Source of the DNA: Octopus vulgaris
Taxonomy: Eukaryota
Length of the DNA stretch: 64,000 nt
NCBI GenBank assembly: GCA_951406725.2
Contig: OX597825.1
Location: 77,872,001 to 77,936,000 of the forward strand
Direction: 5' to 3'
Position numbers and translations under genes: made by a program. Positions 38,621 to 52,598 of the stretch are shown one piece after another; the first letter of the stretch is position 1; the number at the start of each line of letters is the position of its first letter. The notes below the pieces were generated by a model. The model was not told the DNA's origin. It searched no databases and saw only the letters and a program-made list of their open reading frames with translations.

Positions 38621-40290
38621 TTTTATTTTGGCTTTCTGCGTTACGATAAAAGTATGAGATTTTTAGGCACTGACTTATTTGACGCTTTGGTTTGATGCTG
38701 ACTTATTTGACGTCGGACTTTTTAATGGTTTCCCTCATTCTCTCCTTCACTCCTTTCTCTCTCTCTCTCTCTCGCTCAACTCTCTCTTGCTCAACTCTCT
38801 CTCTCTCTCTCTTTCTCTCTCACTTCTTCTCTCTCTCTTTCTCTCTCTCTCTATTTCTCTCTCTCTCTTTCTCCCTCCCTATTTACGTTTGTGGGCATCT
38901 AGCTTATATGTATATGTAATCTCTCTCTCTATCTATATTTGTCTCTTTCCTCTCAATCCTTATGTGTATATTTTTGCGTGTGAGTCTATCTGTGTGTGCG
39001 CACAGATGTACATGTGTGTCCGCGCTCGTGCCTGAGTGTGTACGCATGTATGAGTGTGTATGTATGTGTCTGTGTGTCTCTGTGTGTGTATGCGCGTGCG
39101 TCCGTCCGTGCGTGTGTGTGTTTGTGTGTGTTTACATCCAGTCTCAAACAAAACGTATTGTTGCCAAAACATATTGAATGTCCAGTCAGCCATTCCAAAT
39201 CGTCAACGTCCAAGCGCCCAAACAGCTACGCCCAATCGTCTCAACCCAACGTTCTAAGTTCAAATTGTGCCGAGGTCAACTTTGCTTTTAATCCTTTCAG
39301 AGTCGATAAAGTAAAGTACTGGGATCGATTTAATATGAACCAACATAAGCGCAAACCATTGAAAACAAAATCGTTTACTATATTCTCATCTAAATATCTA
39401 ATCCATGCAGGAGAAGGTCGGGGGCTGGTTCGGGAATTCTAGGGTTTGAAGAGTAAGAACTGCATCTAAGTCATTATTGTTCCCTGGTCTGCTCTGAATC
39501 GGCGCTTTGGATTAATTTGCATATTAGAGCTTGCCTATCTATGAATGTGAAAACTGGATCCGGCAGAATCTTCGTGGAAAGCGGTTGAAATATTTCCTTG
39601 CGGGATGCAGAAAGAAAGATAAAGCAAGTATGGCATCTTGGTCATTGGCTGCATCCGTCTCCATCCCCAGTCGCCTCGATCTGCTCTTGCCACTTAATTG
39701 AAGATGATCACGGAGAAGAGAGATGTATATATATACGGTGTCAAAGAGGCAGTCAAAGGAATGGCAATCAATGGAATCGCGGTTTATTATTTAAGTTTAC
39801 GTCGATTCCTCCATGGTGTTGTTTTGCATTTATAATAAAATAAATATATACAAATTATAAAAATAGTTTTAAAAAAATATACAGGCGCAGGAGTGGCTGT
39901 GTGGTAAGTAGCTAGCTTACCAACCACATGGTTCCGGGTTCAGTCCCACTGCGTGGCAACTTGGGCAAGTCGTTAGTGATCCTAAAAAATGAGTAGATGG
40001 TTCGATGGACGAACATGGCATTATCTAAATATCTACGATTTAATTTATTCTGAGACATTTTAATTTTGCACCGTGTTTTTTTTTTAATTTGTTCCGATAT
40101 TAACCTAATTTATACGCTAAAAGATAATGTAGATTTACTAATTGGGAGTAGTATTACATGTTTTATAATTTCGATATTGAAGGATTACTAATACTAAAAT
40201 CTCCAGTATTTTAAACTTATGCTTTGTTGCACCTCGCTCTCGATCCTTGGATCGCTTTGTAACTTTCGCCAATCAAAAAATACATATGTA

Positions 40291-40376
40291 CAGTAATCTC
40301 TCGAATATCACAGCTGTTACGTTCCATAAACCCCTTCGCGATGGGTCAAAATCTGCGAAGTAGAAACAGTACTGTA
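40291..40376 (+). mobile_element. Tigger/pogo-like terminal segment interrupted by a SINE (probably continues after 40799)
   Basis: TA followed by cagtaatctctcgaatatcacag...gttacgttcc...cgcgat...aaaatctgcgaagtag resembles Tigger-type ends. Confidence 0.55.
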
Positions 40377-40798
40377 CTCTTTACTCTTTACTCTCTCTTT
40401 TACTTGTTTCAGTCATTTGACTGCGGCCATGCTGGAGCACCGCCTTTAGTCGAGCAAATCGAACCCAGGACTTATTCTTTGTAAGCCTAGTACTTATTCT
40501 ATCGGTCTCTTTTGCCGAACCGCTAGATGACGGAGATATAAGCACACCAGCATCGGTTGTCAAGCGATGTTGGGGGGGACAAACACAGACACACAAACAT
40601 ACATACACACACACACATATATATATACATATATACGACAGGCTTATTTCAGTTTCCGTCTACCAAATCCATTCACAAGGCTTTGGTCAGCTCGAGGCTA
40701 TAGCAGAAGACACTCGCCCAAGGTGCCACGCAGTGGGACTGAACCCGGAACCATGTGGTTGGTAAGCCAGCTACTTACCACACAGCCACTCCCGCGCC
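40377..40798 (-). mobile_element. SINE family A, full length
   Basis: As 36797-37260. Confidence 0.92.
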
Positions 40799-41020
40799 TA
40801 TATATTTTTTTAATTTATTTTTATAATTTGTATATATTTATTTTATTATAAATGCAAAACAACACCATGTAGGAATCGACGTAAACTTAAATAATAAACC
40901 ACGATTCCATTGATTGCCATTCCTTTGACTGCCTCTTTGATTCCGGTTCATATTGATGAACCTAAGTTTTATCACCTGTTACGAGTCTGCGAAAGAAGGT
41001 GTTGTCTCTTTGACTTTGTA

Positions 41021-41247
41021 GTGAAGAAGTGGTTCAAAGAACTGTCAACAGAATTTTGCGGGGCAGGGATACATGCTTTCATTTGAAGGTGTAACATTGC
41101 TATTGAGAGAAACGGTGACTATGTTGAGAAGTAGGGATGTGATCCACAGAGGACCAGCTTCATTTTGATGTATGTTACATATTCCTGTGTTGGTAATTAT
41201 ACCTGTCCTAAACAAAATGGCATTACTTTTTGACTCTCACCCTTGTA
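41021..41247 (+). mobile_element. Mariner transposase C-terminal remnant plus 3' TIR
   Basis: VKKWFKELSTEFCGAGIHAFI*RCNIAIERNGDYVEK* fits the mariner ...GIxxLxxRWxxxIxxxGDYVEK ending; followed by ttactttttgactctcacccttg and TA. Confidence 0.8.
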
Positions 41248-41259
41248 TATATATATACG

Positions 41260-41306
<47 letters not shown>

Positions 41307-41307
41307 G

Positions 41308-41338
<31 letters not shown>

Positions 41339-41986
41339 GTATATGTGTGTGTGTATTATATATGTGTGTATATATATTATATATTGTATATGTGTGTGTG
41401 TGTGTGTGTATGCATGCATTCGAAGAGCTTCCTTCAGTTTCCGTCTATTAAATTTTCTTACAAGGCTTCAATGGGGCCACCTATGGTCCCATAAAAGACG
41501 CTCGTCCAAGGTGCTACGTAGTGGAATTGAACACGTGTGCGCCTATACTACAAGAAATTTATATAGAATATATAGAACCCATCATTTCTTTCCCCACCCA
41601 ACGGTGTTTTGTCACTCACAGCGCCTTCGAAAGAGAAATCTGGAAGAATATAATAGAGATGATTAATTTCTATGTGGGTTTTTTTTTTAATCGTATGCTT
41701 TGATTGCTTGTAAGACTACCGCAGCGCCACTTAATGATTAAAACACAAAATGGCTGTGCACTAACTAAACAGTAATGATGACGATGATGAAAATGTTGGT
41801 GGTGACGGTGGTGGTGGTTGTTATGGTGATAATAATAATGATAACAACAACTACAATAGCAACGACAACGATAATAATGATGACGATGAGCATCATCATC
41901 ATCATCACCATCACCATCAACATCATGACGATTTCACGCTTGACTACCAAAATAACAGTTTAACACGTGAACTGATATATATATAT

Positions 41987-42023
<37 letters not shown>

Positions 42024-42038
42024 TGTATGTGTTTATGC

Positions 42039-42070
<32 letters not shown>

Positions 42071-42161
42071 TCACACATATATATGCATACATACACATAT
42101 ATACATATATTCATGTACATATATATATACATATATATGTGTGTGTGTGTGTGTGTGAGTG

Positions 42162-42194
<33 letters not shown>

Positions 42195-42262
42195 GCATAC
42201 ATATACATATATACATATATTCATGTACATATATATGTATATATGTATAAATATACATACAT

Positions 42263-42296
<34 letters not shown>

Positions 42297-43000
42297 GTAT
42301 ATGTATATATATATGCACACGCTCAGACACACACATATAAATGCGTAAATATACAGATACAAACTTTTATATGCATATATATGTGCTCGCGCACGCGCGG
42401 GTATATATTATATGATGCCATTAATAAACCAAGTTGTTTTCTGTTTGTCTTTTTTTTATCTTAATTCATCTTTCTCTTTTATTTATATTTTACCATAACA
42501 ATTTATTTAACCTTTCAATAAATTCTTTCGCGCAATCTTAACCTTAATAAAAGAACCTTAAGGTCTAAGCACCAAGCTAAAATAGCTTCCTAGCTTTCAA
42601 TGGAAATCTTGAATTTTCATCCCGGATCATACACGGGAAAATTCTTTGATCTGCGAGTCGATGCCTCTTCGAGTTAAGCCCACGGATGACCTCTGAACTC
42701 CATTTACAGTTTGAGAAGAAAGGCAAGGCTTAGATTGAAGAAAGAAGCGTATTTTCTAAGAAAGAATCTGAAACCATTACCGAGATCTATTGATTGATTT
42801 TATGCTCATATATATTATGTTGTATTTGATCAATTAGTCGGACAAATCGTATCGATCACTGGCTGAATGTTCGATATATTATATATGCGTATAAACTTGC
42901 ATACATACATACATAAAAACATATATGTATACATACATACATATATATATTTGTATATGTGTATATATGTATACATACCTAGATAAATATATATATATAC

Positions 43001-43045
<45 letters not shown>

Positions 43046-43191
43046 AAAGCTTTACATAATCCCTTGGTTTAGTTTTTATATAACTATATTGCTTTTAGAT
43101 AAATTTTGGGTATATTTTTTAATATTTTTATTTCGTATGCGCACGCGTGAATATATGCACTTACACTGTTCGTACATAAATATATATATAT

Positions 43192-43263
<72 letters not shown>

Positions 43264-43325
43264 GACTTACTTGGAAATGTATGGATGGCGTTCAATCATA
43301 TAATAATATAAATAATATATATATA

Positions 43326-43409
<84 letters not shown>

Positions 43410-43949
43410 TGTGCATACTTACATATATATGTATATACACATGCACAACAAGATACGTCTTCGACAAAATAGTTGCCCTCGCAAAGCAAATTGAATAAAA
43501 TTTGGGATTTTGCAGAGGGTCAAAGTTGGTAACAAAAACAAGATAGTTGAAACAAACAGGAAGGGCTGCTAAGCCAAAACGAGGTGAGTTGGCGAACGCG
43601 GAGGTGCAAGCTCTGACAGGAGACAGAAAAGAATGTGTCTTATCCCTGCTCTGATTAGGAGGAAAGAAAGAAATTCAAGTTAGGAAAAGAAAGATGCCTG
43701 ATGGTTACGTGCGAGCAATGAGAGGGCAAAGGAGGTAGAGTGACGGAGATAGAGGGACAGACAGAGGAGAGGGGAAAAGAATTAGTGAACAGAACGAAAG
43801 GGGGAGAAAGGGCGATAAAAAGAATCTGAGAAAGGAAGACAGAGGAATCGAAAGAGAAAAAGATAGAAAAAGTGTCGCATCGAAATTATTATGATTAAAC
43901 TTACTTGAAAATACGAAATACGAAAATATGGAATACGAAATCGCTAGCC

Positions 43950-44119
43950 ATTACACATTCTTTACTATCTCTCCTTGTTTCTTTCTGTGTTACTTTCTTT
44001 TGAAGAGCGTAGGCTCGAAACGTTAAAGACTTTTTCATTTCCCGAGCGTTATACTAACACATCTGTTTGTTGTCTACACCACCTGTCTTCGTCTTTTTAT
44101 TTCCTTGTGAATTCTGCCC

Positions 44120-44120
<1 letters not shown>
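43950..44120 (+). mobile_element. pLTR-like element with degenerate hammerhead (43993-44028)
   Basis: CTTT-cttttGA-a-GAGC(gtag)GCTC-GAAA-CG-TT-AAAG, then ttcccgagcgt as in the 23738 copy; ends in (TA)n. Confidence 0.62.
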
Positions 44121-44180
<60 letters not shown>

Positions 44181-44408
44181 TACATGTATACATACTTATA
44201 TATACATATATATATATAGATGGGAATGGCAAGACAGCAACAGAATAAAGGAGACCTCGATATTATATAAACAATATCTAATAGCTATTAGAATGACCCT
44301 TACTTAGCGATCATTCTAATAGCTCTTTTGTCTTAATAACGGTCAGACACACAGTAATTTCACTTTGTTTTAACGGTCATTTTCATAGCATTTTTTTTTC
44401 GATGACCC

Positions 44409-44463
44409 GATAACTGAAGAGATGCCGGCGGGGGTTTCCGCCCCGACATCCGAAACTTTTATC
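44409..44463 (+). ncRNA. Hammerhead-like motif with long GC-rich stem II
   Basis: GATAA-CTGAAGA-GATGcCGGCGG(gggttt)CCGccCCGaCATC-c-GAAA-ctt-TTATC; stem III and cleavage site damaged. Confidence 0.5.
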
Positions 44464-44497
44464 ATGGCTACCGAATAACTGTCACATATATTTACAG

Positions 44498-44549
<52 letters not shown>

Positions 44550-44707
44550 ATATATATGTGTGTATGTATGTATGCATGTATATATACATGAATATATATG
44601 TGTGTATGAGTATTTGTTAGTGTCTGTGTGTGCCTATCTTTGTATTTGTCAACTTTTATCATTTCTCTCTCTTCTCTCTCTCTTCCTTTCACTCTGTCTC
44701 TCTCTAA

Positions 44708-44740
<33 letters not shown>

Positions 44741-44975
44741 AAACTCTCATTCTTACTATATAACCTTCCTCTCCCTCTCTTTGAATCTTTTTTACTCCGC
44801 CTTTGTTTTTGGTGTTTTTTTCTCTTTAGCCAAGAAGATGGTGTCTCGTAATAAAGAAGACATACATATATACATACGTACACACATTCACATATGCATA
44901 CATACATACATACGTACAGACATACATACATCCATACATACATATATATATATATATACACATATATATATATAC

Positions 44976-45007
<32 letters not shown>

Positions 45008-45231
45008 ACGCACACATTCGTAGAATTCACGGACATTCCATGAGCACATTATTCCGATTCTTGAAGTCATTAGTAGTCGTGTGGCAACCTAACTGCACCA
45101 GAAACAAGGTATATATGCAACTGACTGTGTGTTTGTGTGTGTGTGTTTGTGTTTGTGTGTGTGCGTATGTATATGTCTGTGTTTGTATTTGTGTATTTGT
45201 GTGTGAACAAATGTTCTTTATTAAAATAGTT

Positions 45232-45612
45232 TTAACCTTTTCGGACCAACCTGCCTCAAAACTTCCTTTCTCTTTAACACAAACTTCCTGTTGTGAAGTG
45301 ATCTAAATTAGAACATTCCTTCAAAATTTCAAAAACCATTCCATCAAGCACCAGATTGATAAGTTATGTTTCTAAATTCTTCATTATTTTCGAAGTTAAT
45401 AAAAAAAAGCAAGTCCGTGTATTTCAACAGATATTTGGTAATAAACGAATTAACGTAATCTAGATTAAAACACGCCATTGAAATTTCTTATTAATTAATG
45501 TTCCAAGCACCAGCTAAATAATAAGTTATTTCATTAAATTCTTGAATATTTTCGAAATTAGATGAAACAAATGCTGTGTATTTCAATGGAAATATAGTAA
45601 GAAAAGGGTTAA
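45232..45612. mobile_element. piggyBac-like MITE remnant with internal degenerate duplication
   Basis: TTAA-ccttttcg at the left end and aaaaggg-TTAA at the right; aattctt...attttcgaa...gtgtatttcaa occurs twice (45375, 45537). Confidence 0.45.
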
Positions 45613-45623
45613 TGTCTGTGTGC

Positions 45624-45711
<88 letters not shown>

Positions 45712-46135
45712 GGTGCGACAGGTAACACGTCATCATTTTATAATTTTAATTTCACGTTTTCCATTGTTTGTTTTTGATTTTGTCGACTACACAGCAGGAG
45801 AAGGTCACCGTCTGTGAGAAAAAGAGCACCATGGCACAATTCACTCTGCCAGAAATTTGGATACGAAATGTAACCTTGTTTTTTCCTTGGGGCTGGCCAG
45901 ATTGGAGTAATCTCGAGTATAACCAGCCGAAATTGCAAAGATAATCTGGAACTCTACTGAGGATACAAAAAATCCGAATGACCCGTCCTTGTTTTCTTTG
46001 TATCGTTTGTCTGGCTGTTTTGCCTTTCTGTCCCATTTTTGTATTTTTATATATAAAATATAGCGGCTTATGTACACTTTGTCACTCTCTCCCCCTCTCT
46101 TTCTCTTTCTCTTTCTTCCCCCTCTCTCTCTCTCG

Positions 46136-46203
<68 letters not shown>

Positions 46204-46908
46204 TTATGGATGGGGTAGTGGACTTTTGTTTCGGTTTCTGTCAATCACATCCAGTCACAGTGCTTCGGTCGGCCCAGGGGCTATTGTAGAAGACAGCTGC
46301 CCGCGCAACGGAAGAGAACGCAAAACCATGTGATTGAAATGGAAGCGTCTTACCTCACATTCACTTCAGAACATTTACCAATTCCTAATCCCGGGGCAAA
46401 TTTGAAACAAATTCAACTTGTTTTTATTTTGATTTATTTTTTGTGTATGTGTCTGTAATTTTTTTCGCCTTGTTGCTAATTAACAGAGCGTACTATGCTA
46501 TGAAAGCAATTCAAGGGGGAAAACAACTGGCAAATCCTCAACTGCCGCCAGATAGCACCACTAGTCGTACGCTTTGTTCTCCGTTGCGACTTGAATGGTG
46601 TTTGATACTTGATGCTTGGAGAATAACATTCTTTTCGGTGCTAAGTTCGTTAAGTTTGGTCAACGGTATCATTAGACTGTGATAAAAATCTAATAACATC
46701 CGAACACAAACTCTATTATCTTTCATATCCGACATCTGTTTTGTTAGGGGTCACGCTTAGTTTGACCTTAATTAAACACGATCAATGTTTTATAAAGGGA
46801 TTTGGGCAACTGTATATACGTGCCTCTGTGTACACATGTGAATGTATACACATGTGCATGTATGAACGTTTGCTTGTACATATAAAGATATATATGTATA
46901 TGTGTGTA

Positions 46909-46957
<49 letters not shown>

Positions 46958-47063
46958 AATGTATATATGTATATATGTATGTGTATATATATATATATAT
47001 ATATATGTTCACATATGTATGTATGAATGTGTGCGTGTATATATATATGTATGTATATGTATA

Positions 47064-47108
<45 letters not shown>

Positions 47109-47245
47109 GTACGTATGTATGTATGTATGCATACATGAATGTGTGTACGTATGTATATATGTATGTATGTATATTTATGCACACATACTTATACGATTAT
47201 TATATAATATTTACATGTTATGTCTGCGTATATACAAGATATGTA

Positions 47246-47291
<46 letters not shown>

Positions 47292-47812
47292 CATGTATTT
47301 GTATGCATATATGGGTATGTATATATATATATATATATATGTATGTATATATATATATATATATATATGCGTGTGTATATATATATATATATATATCTGT
47401 GTGAGTATGTGTGTGTATATATGTACTTATATATTTATGTATGCATATATGAATGAGTGTGTAAGTGTGTGTGCGCATGTGCGTGCGTTTTGCTGGGTAA
47501 GTGCATGTCTACCTTAACGTAATGCAATTTTGACGACTGAAAAGTTATCAAAACACAATTACAGAATTTCTTTTGGGGCATTTTTCGCTTTGTTGTATTT
47601 TAGCTCCAAGAAGCATAGATACAAACAGCCATGCCAAAACTGCCACCACCATCGACATCACCATCAATGTTAGTATCATTATAGTCTTTATGACCACCAC
47701 CACTACCACTTCCACCACCACCATCACCGCCGCCGCCGCCGCCTCCACCACCACCACCACCAACAATGTCAATCTTCATCTTTAAAACTATCATGAATAT
47801 AGACATCACTGT

Positions 47813-47860
<48 letters not shown>

Positions 47861-48307
47861 CACTACTAATGCTGCTGATGCCTTGAAATGGACAAATGAC
47901 GATGATGGTGGTGTTGATGATGTTGATGACGAGGGCAATGATGATGACGATGGTGGTAATGATGATGATGATGATAATGATGATGGCTTGTGATGATGAT
48001 CACGACGATGATGCTCATGATGGCGATGACGGAAGTCGGTGTTGTCATGGCTAAATGTGATGAATGTGGTAGATAGATGTGAAGGTGGTAGTAGTAGCAG
48101 TAGTAGTAGTAGCAGCAGTAGTAGTAGTAGTAGTAGTGGTGGTGGTGGTGGTGGTGGTGGTGTTGGTGGTGGTAGTAGTAGTAATAGTAGTAGGAATAGT
48201 AGTAGGAGGAGGAGTTGTAGTAGGAGTAGTAGTAGCAGCAGCAATAGTAGTCGTATTAGCAATAGTAGTAGTGGTGGTGGTGTGTGTGTGTGGTGGTGGT
48301 GGTGGTG

Positions 48308-48359
<52 letters not shown>

Positions 48360-48639
48360 CGCCCTTCGGAAACTTAGGAATGATTTAGATTTAATCGTTA
48401 CTCTCTCACCTTTTTTTCCTTTTTACGTTTCTTTCCCGATGTCCATGTTATACGAAAAGCCGCCATTACCATCTGTTTCAATCGGCCATTTTGCTTTGTG
48501 GGTTTTCGAGCGCTGGCGGCCATTTTACATTATAATATAGGCGAGAACAATAGCGCATTGTTTTAGTTGGTCATCTGATTAGATAGCATGGTGGGGCGAG
48601 GATGGGAAAGCAATAAGTGGAGATGATATGAAGGAAAGA

Positions 48640-48990
48640 ATGAAGTTTGAAAGAAACAAACTGAAGGAGATGCGTAGGAAGGAAAGGAGAAGAGAAAAAG
48701 TAAGAAAGAAGGAAAGAGAAAAGGGAAAAGAAAGACTGAATGAAAATTGAATGAAAGAAGGAAAGAAAGAAAGAGAAGGAAAGAATAAAAGAAAGAAAGA
48801 AAGAAAGAAAGAGAAGGAAAGAAAGAAAGAAAGAAAAGGAAAGAAAGAAAGAAAGAAAGAAAAAAAGAAAGAAAGAAAGAATGAGAGAAAGAAGGAAAGA
48901 GAGAAAGAAGGAAGGAAAGAATGAAAGAAAGAAAGAAAGAAAGAAAGGAAGGAAGGAAGGAAGAAAGAAAGAAAGAGAGAAAGAAAGAAA

Positions 48991-49021
<31 letters not shown>

Positions 49022-49300
49022 GGACGGAAGAAAGCAAGAAGCAAGATTGGAAGAAAGGAAAGACGGAAAGAAAGTCAAAGAAGTAAAAGAAGGAAAAGAG
49101 AAAGGAAAAGTAAGAAAGACAGGTCTGAGTTGAATGAAAGAAAGAGCGAAGAAAAGAAGAAAGGAGTGGTGAGTGAGGGGAAGTGGTAATGTATAATGAA
49201 GATGAATGGAGTACGGTAAGGTAGAAGTGAGAGAGAAATATAACGAGTGCATAATGGAGGAGGAGGAGGAGGAGGAGGAGGAAGGGGAAGAAGGGGAGGG
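48640..49300. repeat. Purine-rich (GAAA)n/(GGAA)n/(GGA)n tract
   Basis: Directly visible. Confidence 0.93.
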
Positions 49301-49922
49301 GCTGCAGCAGTAGGATACAATATTGAATAGAGATTGCTAGAATGGTCGGAGGAGCGTAGAAGAGCGTAAAGGTAGAAGTGGGAGGGATAGCGCTCGAGGG
49401 ATTATGTGCGAATGATTTTATATAAAGGCTAAATTAAACGTCATTTGTGGTGGTGGTGGTGGTGGTGGTGGTGGTGGTGGTGGTGGTGGTGGTGGGGTGT
49501 ATAAAAACTAATTAAAGCGTGTCCAGTATGGAGCTGGTGCATATTTTAACTAAGACCCAGAAGGATGAAGTGCACAAAGCTATATGTGTGTGCATGTGTG
49601 TGTGTGAGCGTGTATGTGTGTGTGTGTATGTATTTATGTATATACGTATTTGCTTGTGTGTATGAATGCACAAGTTAAAGAAAAAGTACTCGGTGCATTG
49701 TGTAGAGTTTTTTATCAATAGACGGGAATCACAGAGGCATAACTTAGAGTTCCTTATGTACAAAGGAACTTGTCTAATGATGATAACACCTTGATAAATG
49801 GAAAATTAGCTGCATTTGTTTTGAGAGTTGACTCCTTAATGGCTGTTTCTAAGTCCGCTGTCCGTTAGACATGCCAGATCACGAGATAAAAATTGCAGTA
49901 AAAAGCTTTTAAAGCTTTTAAA

Positions 49923-50329
49923 CAGGGACGTGCCGCCTGGGTAGGCAAGGTAGGCAGTACCTACCCTGAATAAAATAGATCGATAGTAACACTTTTCTTT
50001 TATGGCAAAATATGGACCTAATTCAATAAAATTATGAAGGTTACTCTGATTACTATGCATGAATTACAAAATATCTTTTTTTTTGTAGATTAGGTAGGCA
50101 TAATTCGCCCCTGCCTTTCAGTCTCAGTATTTAAGCAACGCATAGGAGTGCTGTAGCACATGTGCTGCGTACATTCCTACAACAACGTTTTCTTTACGTG
50201 CTATAATGGCAGAAGTAAATCTGCCTCTAACTCAGTCTCATGCGCCTTTGTTTCGCTTATTTTTATGTGTTTTACTACATAAACGTCACCAACTGCCTAC
50301 CCTGAGTAATTACTGATGGCACGAGCGTG
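49923..50329. mobile_element. hAT-type MITE with perfect 8-bp TSD
   Basis: TSD cttttaaa at 49915-49922 and 50330-50337; imperfect TIRs cagggacgtgcc / ggcacgagcgtg; repeated ggtaggca/tgcctacc subterminal motifs. Confidence 0.8.
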
Positions 50330-51035
50330 CTTTTAAAGTCTGAGGTTTTGATAGAAGTAAGTGAGCAATTCTGTCGATATTAACTTTCCTTCACAAAGCA
50401 GTTAACTCTTCTGATTGTTGCATGTCGGTATTTCGAATCGGTTGAAGGTGATCCAGAAAAATGCTTGTTGTTTGGGTGTATTCTTTCACAAAGAGGCAAA
50501 ATCTTCAATTACCTGATGCACTGGAGTAGGATGGGGCTCTGTTAACAAATGTTAGATGTGGAATAATGAAGGCCACCGTCTCTAAGCAACCATATAAAAA
50601 TGGGGTAGGGAAGTGGAACTTAGACTGCGCTTGAACCTAAATATAGATGAGTGAATCTTCATAGAGACTAACATTTCCCTAAAACAGCCCCTAGTTAAGG
50701 CTTCTAGTGCAGGGAGTAACCTTATCGAAAATTTCCCTTTTAAAGAATATATTTGCGACCCTAGTGCTTATGTTTATTCCTAGATTCTTAATTATAAATG
50801 GTTGGTTGCTTGTTTGCTTGGTTGCTCTCGTAGCTAAATTCCGTCCCCTCGCTTAGTTTTCTATTTCGATTGATCAAATGCAGAAGTGGGTAGAGTGGTC
50901 AATACTGACTGACCACTGGCTATCCAATGAGTCGATAAACATCTGAATTTTTGTTTTTTATCTATCTCATAAAGTATTTTCGTTAAATTGCATCAAATAT
51001 TATTAAAAAGGTATAATGGGACAAATGGATAGACA

Positions 51036-51819
51036 TCCTCATCTCCATCATCATCATTCTCATCATCTTCATCCTCACCATCATCATTATCCTCATCCAC
51101 ATCATCCTCATCATCATTATCCTCATCATCGTCATCATCCTCATCTTCATCATCTTCATCCTCATCATTTTCATCCTCACCATCATCATCATTATCATCA
51201 TTATACTCATCATCATCATTATCATCATTATACACATCATCATCATCATCATCATTATACTCATCATTATCATCATCATCATTATCCTCACCATCATCAT
51301 TATCCTCATCATCATAATCATCATCATCATCGTCCTCCTCCTCATCATCATCATCACCATCGTCATCATCCTAGACTCGAGTGGGTCTATTGAAAGGTGA
51401 GTGAAAGTTGCAAAAATGGTTAGGGTGGATGGTACCTCTCGAAGTGTGGACCTGTGAGTCAGAAAGAAGGATCTGGAGATGGCGCTCCCTTTTAGGATTT
51501 CAAGAAAATCTTGGACGGTGAAGTTCCCCGATTATCCCAGGAGGGCCACACCTATATCATCCTCCCCGCCTTTTTTAACCCTTGCATGCTATGTATTTGT
51601 CCCTTCGTTTTCAGTGTAAAAAAACCCTGTAAACTTATTTTTTATCATTTCATTATATGTAATACACAACACTTTATCTCTGTCACTGTATTGACCCCTC
51701 ATTCTTTGCCCTTGTGGCAAATAAATGAAATCATCGTCATTATTATTATTATTTTATTATTGTTGTTATTGTTGTTGTTCTTGTTGTTATTGTTGTTGTT
51801 GTTGATGTTGATGTTGTTG

Positions 51820-51859
<40 letters not shown>

Positions 51860-52098
51860 CATTATTATTATTATTATTATTATTATTAACGCTGCTGTTG
51901 TGACAAGTACGAAATCAAAGTGAGGTGATATAGAAATTGTCCATGCGAAATCACGTATTTGTGATCAAAGTATAGGCATCGAACATCAGGAAAATAACAA
52001 TCACCACCAGCATCATAATCATCATCATCATCAACATCTGCACCAGCAGCAACAATCGAAACTTCATCACCATCATCATCATCATCACCATCACCATC

Positions 52099-52129
<31 letters not shown>

Positions 52130-52264
52130 CTATCACCAGCTTCAATATCATCAATATCATCATCTTCTTCATCATCATCACCATCATCATTAGTCATCAT
52201 CGTCACCAGCTTCTCCGCCTTCACATTCTTCTACTACTACTCCTCCTTCATCTCCCCATCCTTG

Positions 52265-52311
<47 letters not shown>

Positions 52312-52546
52312 GCCATCATCGCTGCTATCATCATCGTCTTTTCCGCCGTCAATTGCCAGCATCGGCATCATCATTGTCATCATCATCATCACCACCACCA
52401 TCGACAACAAGAAACCGGTAAAACTACTACTGCTGCTACTACTACTACTACTAATACATATACTATATCTGCTGTATTGTCACCAACTTCGTTATCGTCT
52501 TCATTAAAACTCTTGAGTTTATCATCATTACCATCATCACCATCAC

Positions 52547-52598
<52 letters not shown>

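Larger units (their letters stand above)
39741..40940. repeat. 230-bp inverted duplication (arms 39741-39970 and 40712-40940)
   Basis: tcaaagaggcagtcaaaggaatggcaatc...ttgggcaagt versus its reverse complement; roughly ten differences by eye. Confidence 0.92.

Noticed and set aside
45738-46077. Host coding exon (several overlapping complex ORFs)
   Set aside because: No recognisable protein in any frame and no clear splice pair; cannot be supported without a homology search.
51016-51393. His-rich ORF resembling a metal-binding or beak protein
   Set aside because: Imperfect (CAT)n tract, no signal peptide, and equally open on the other strand.
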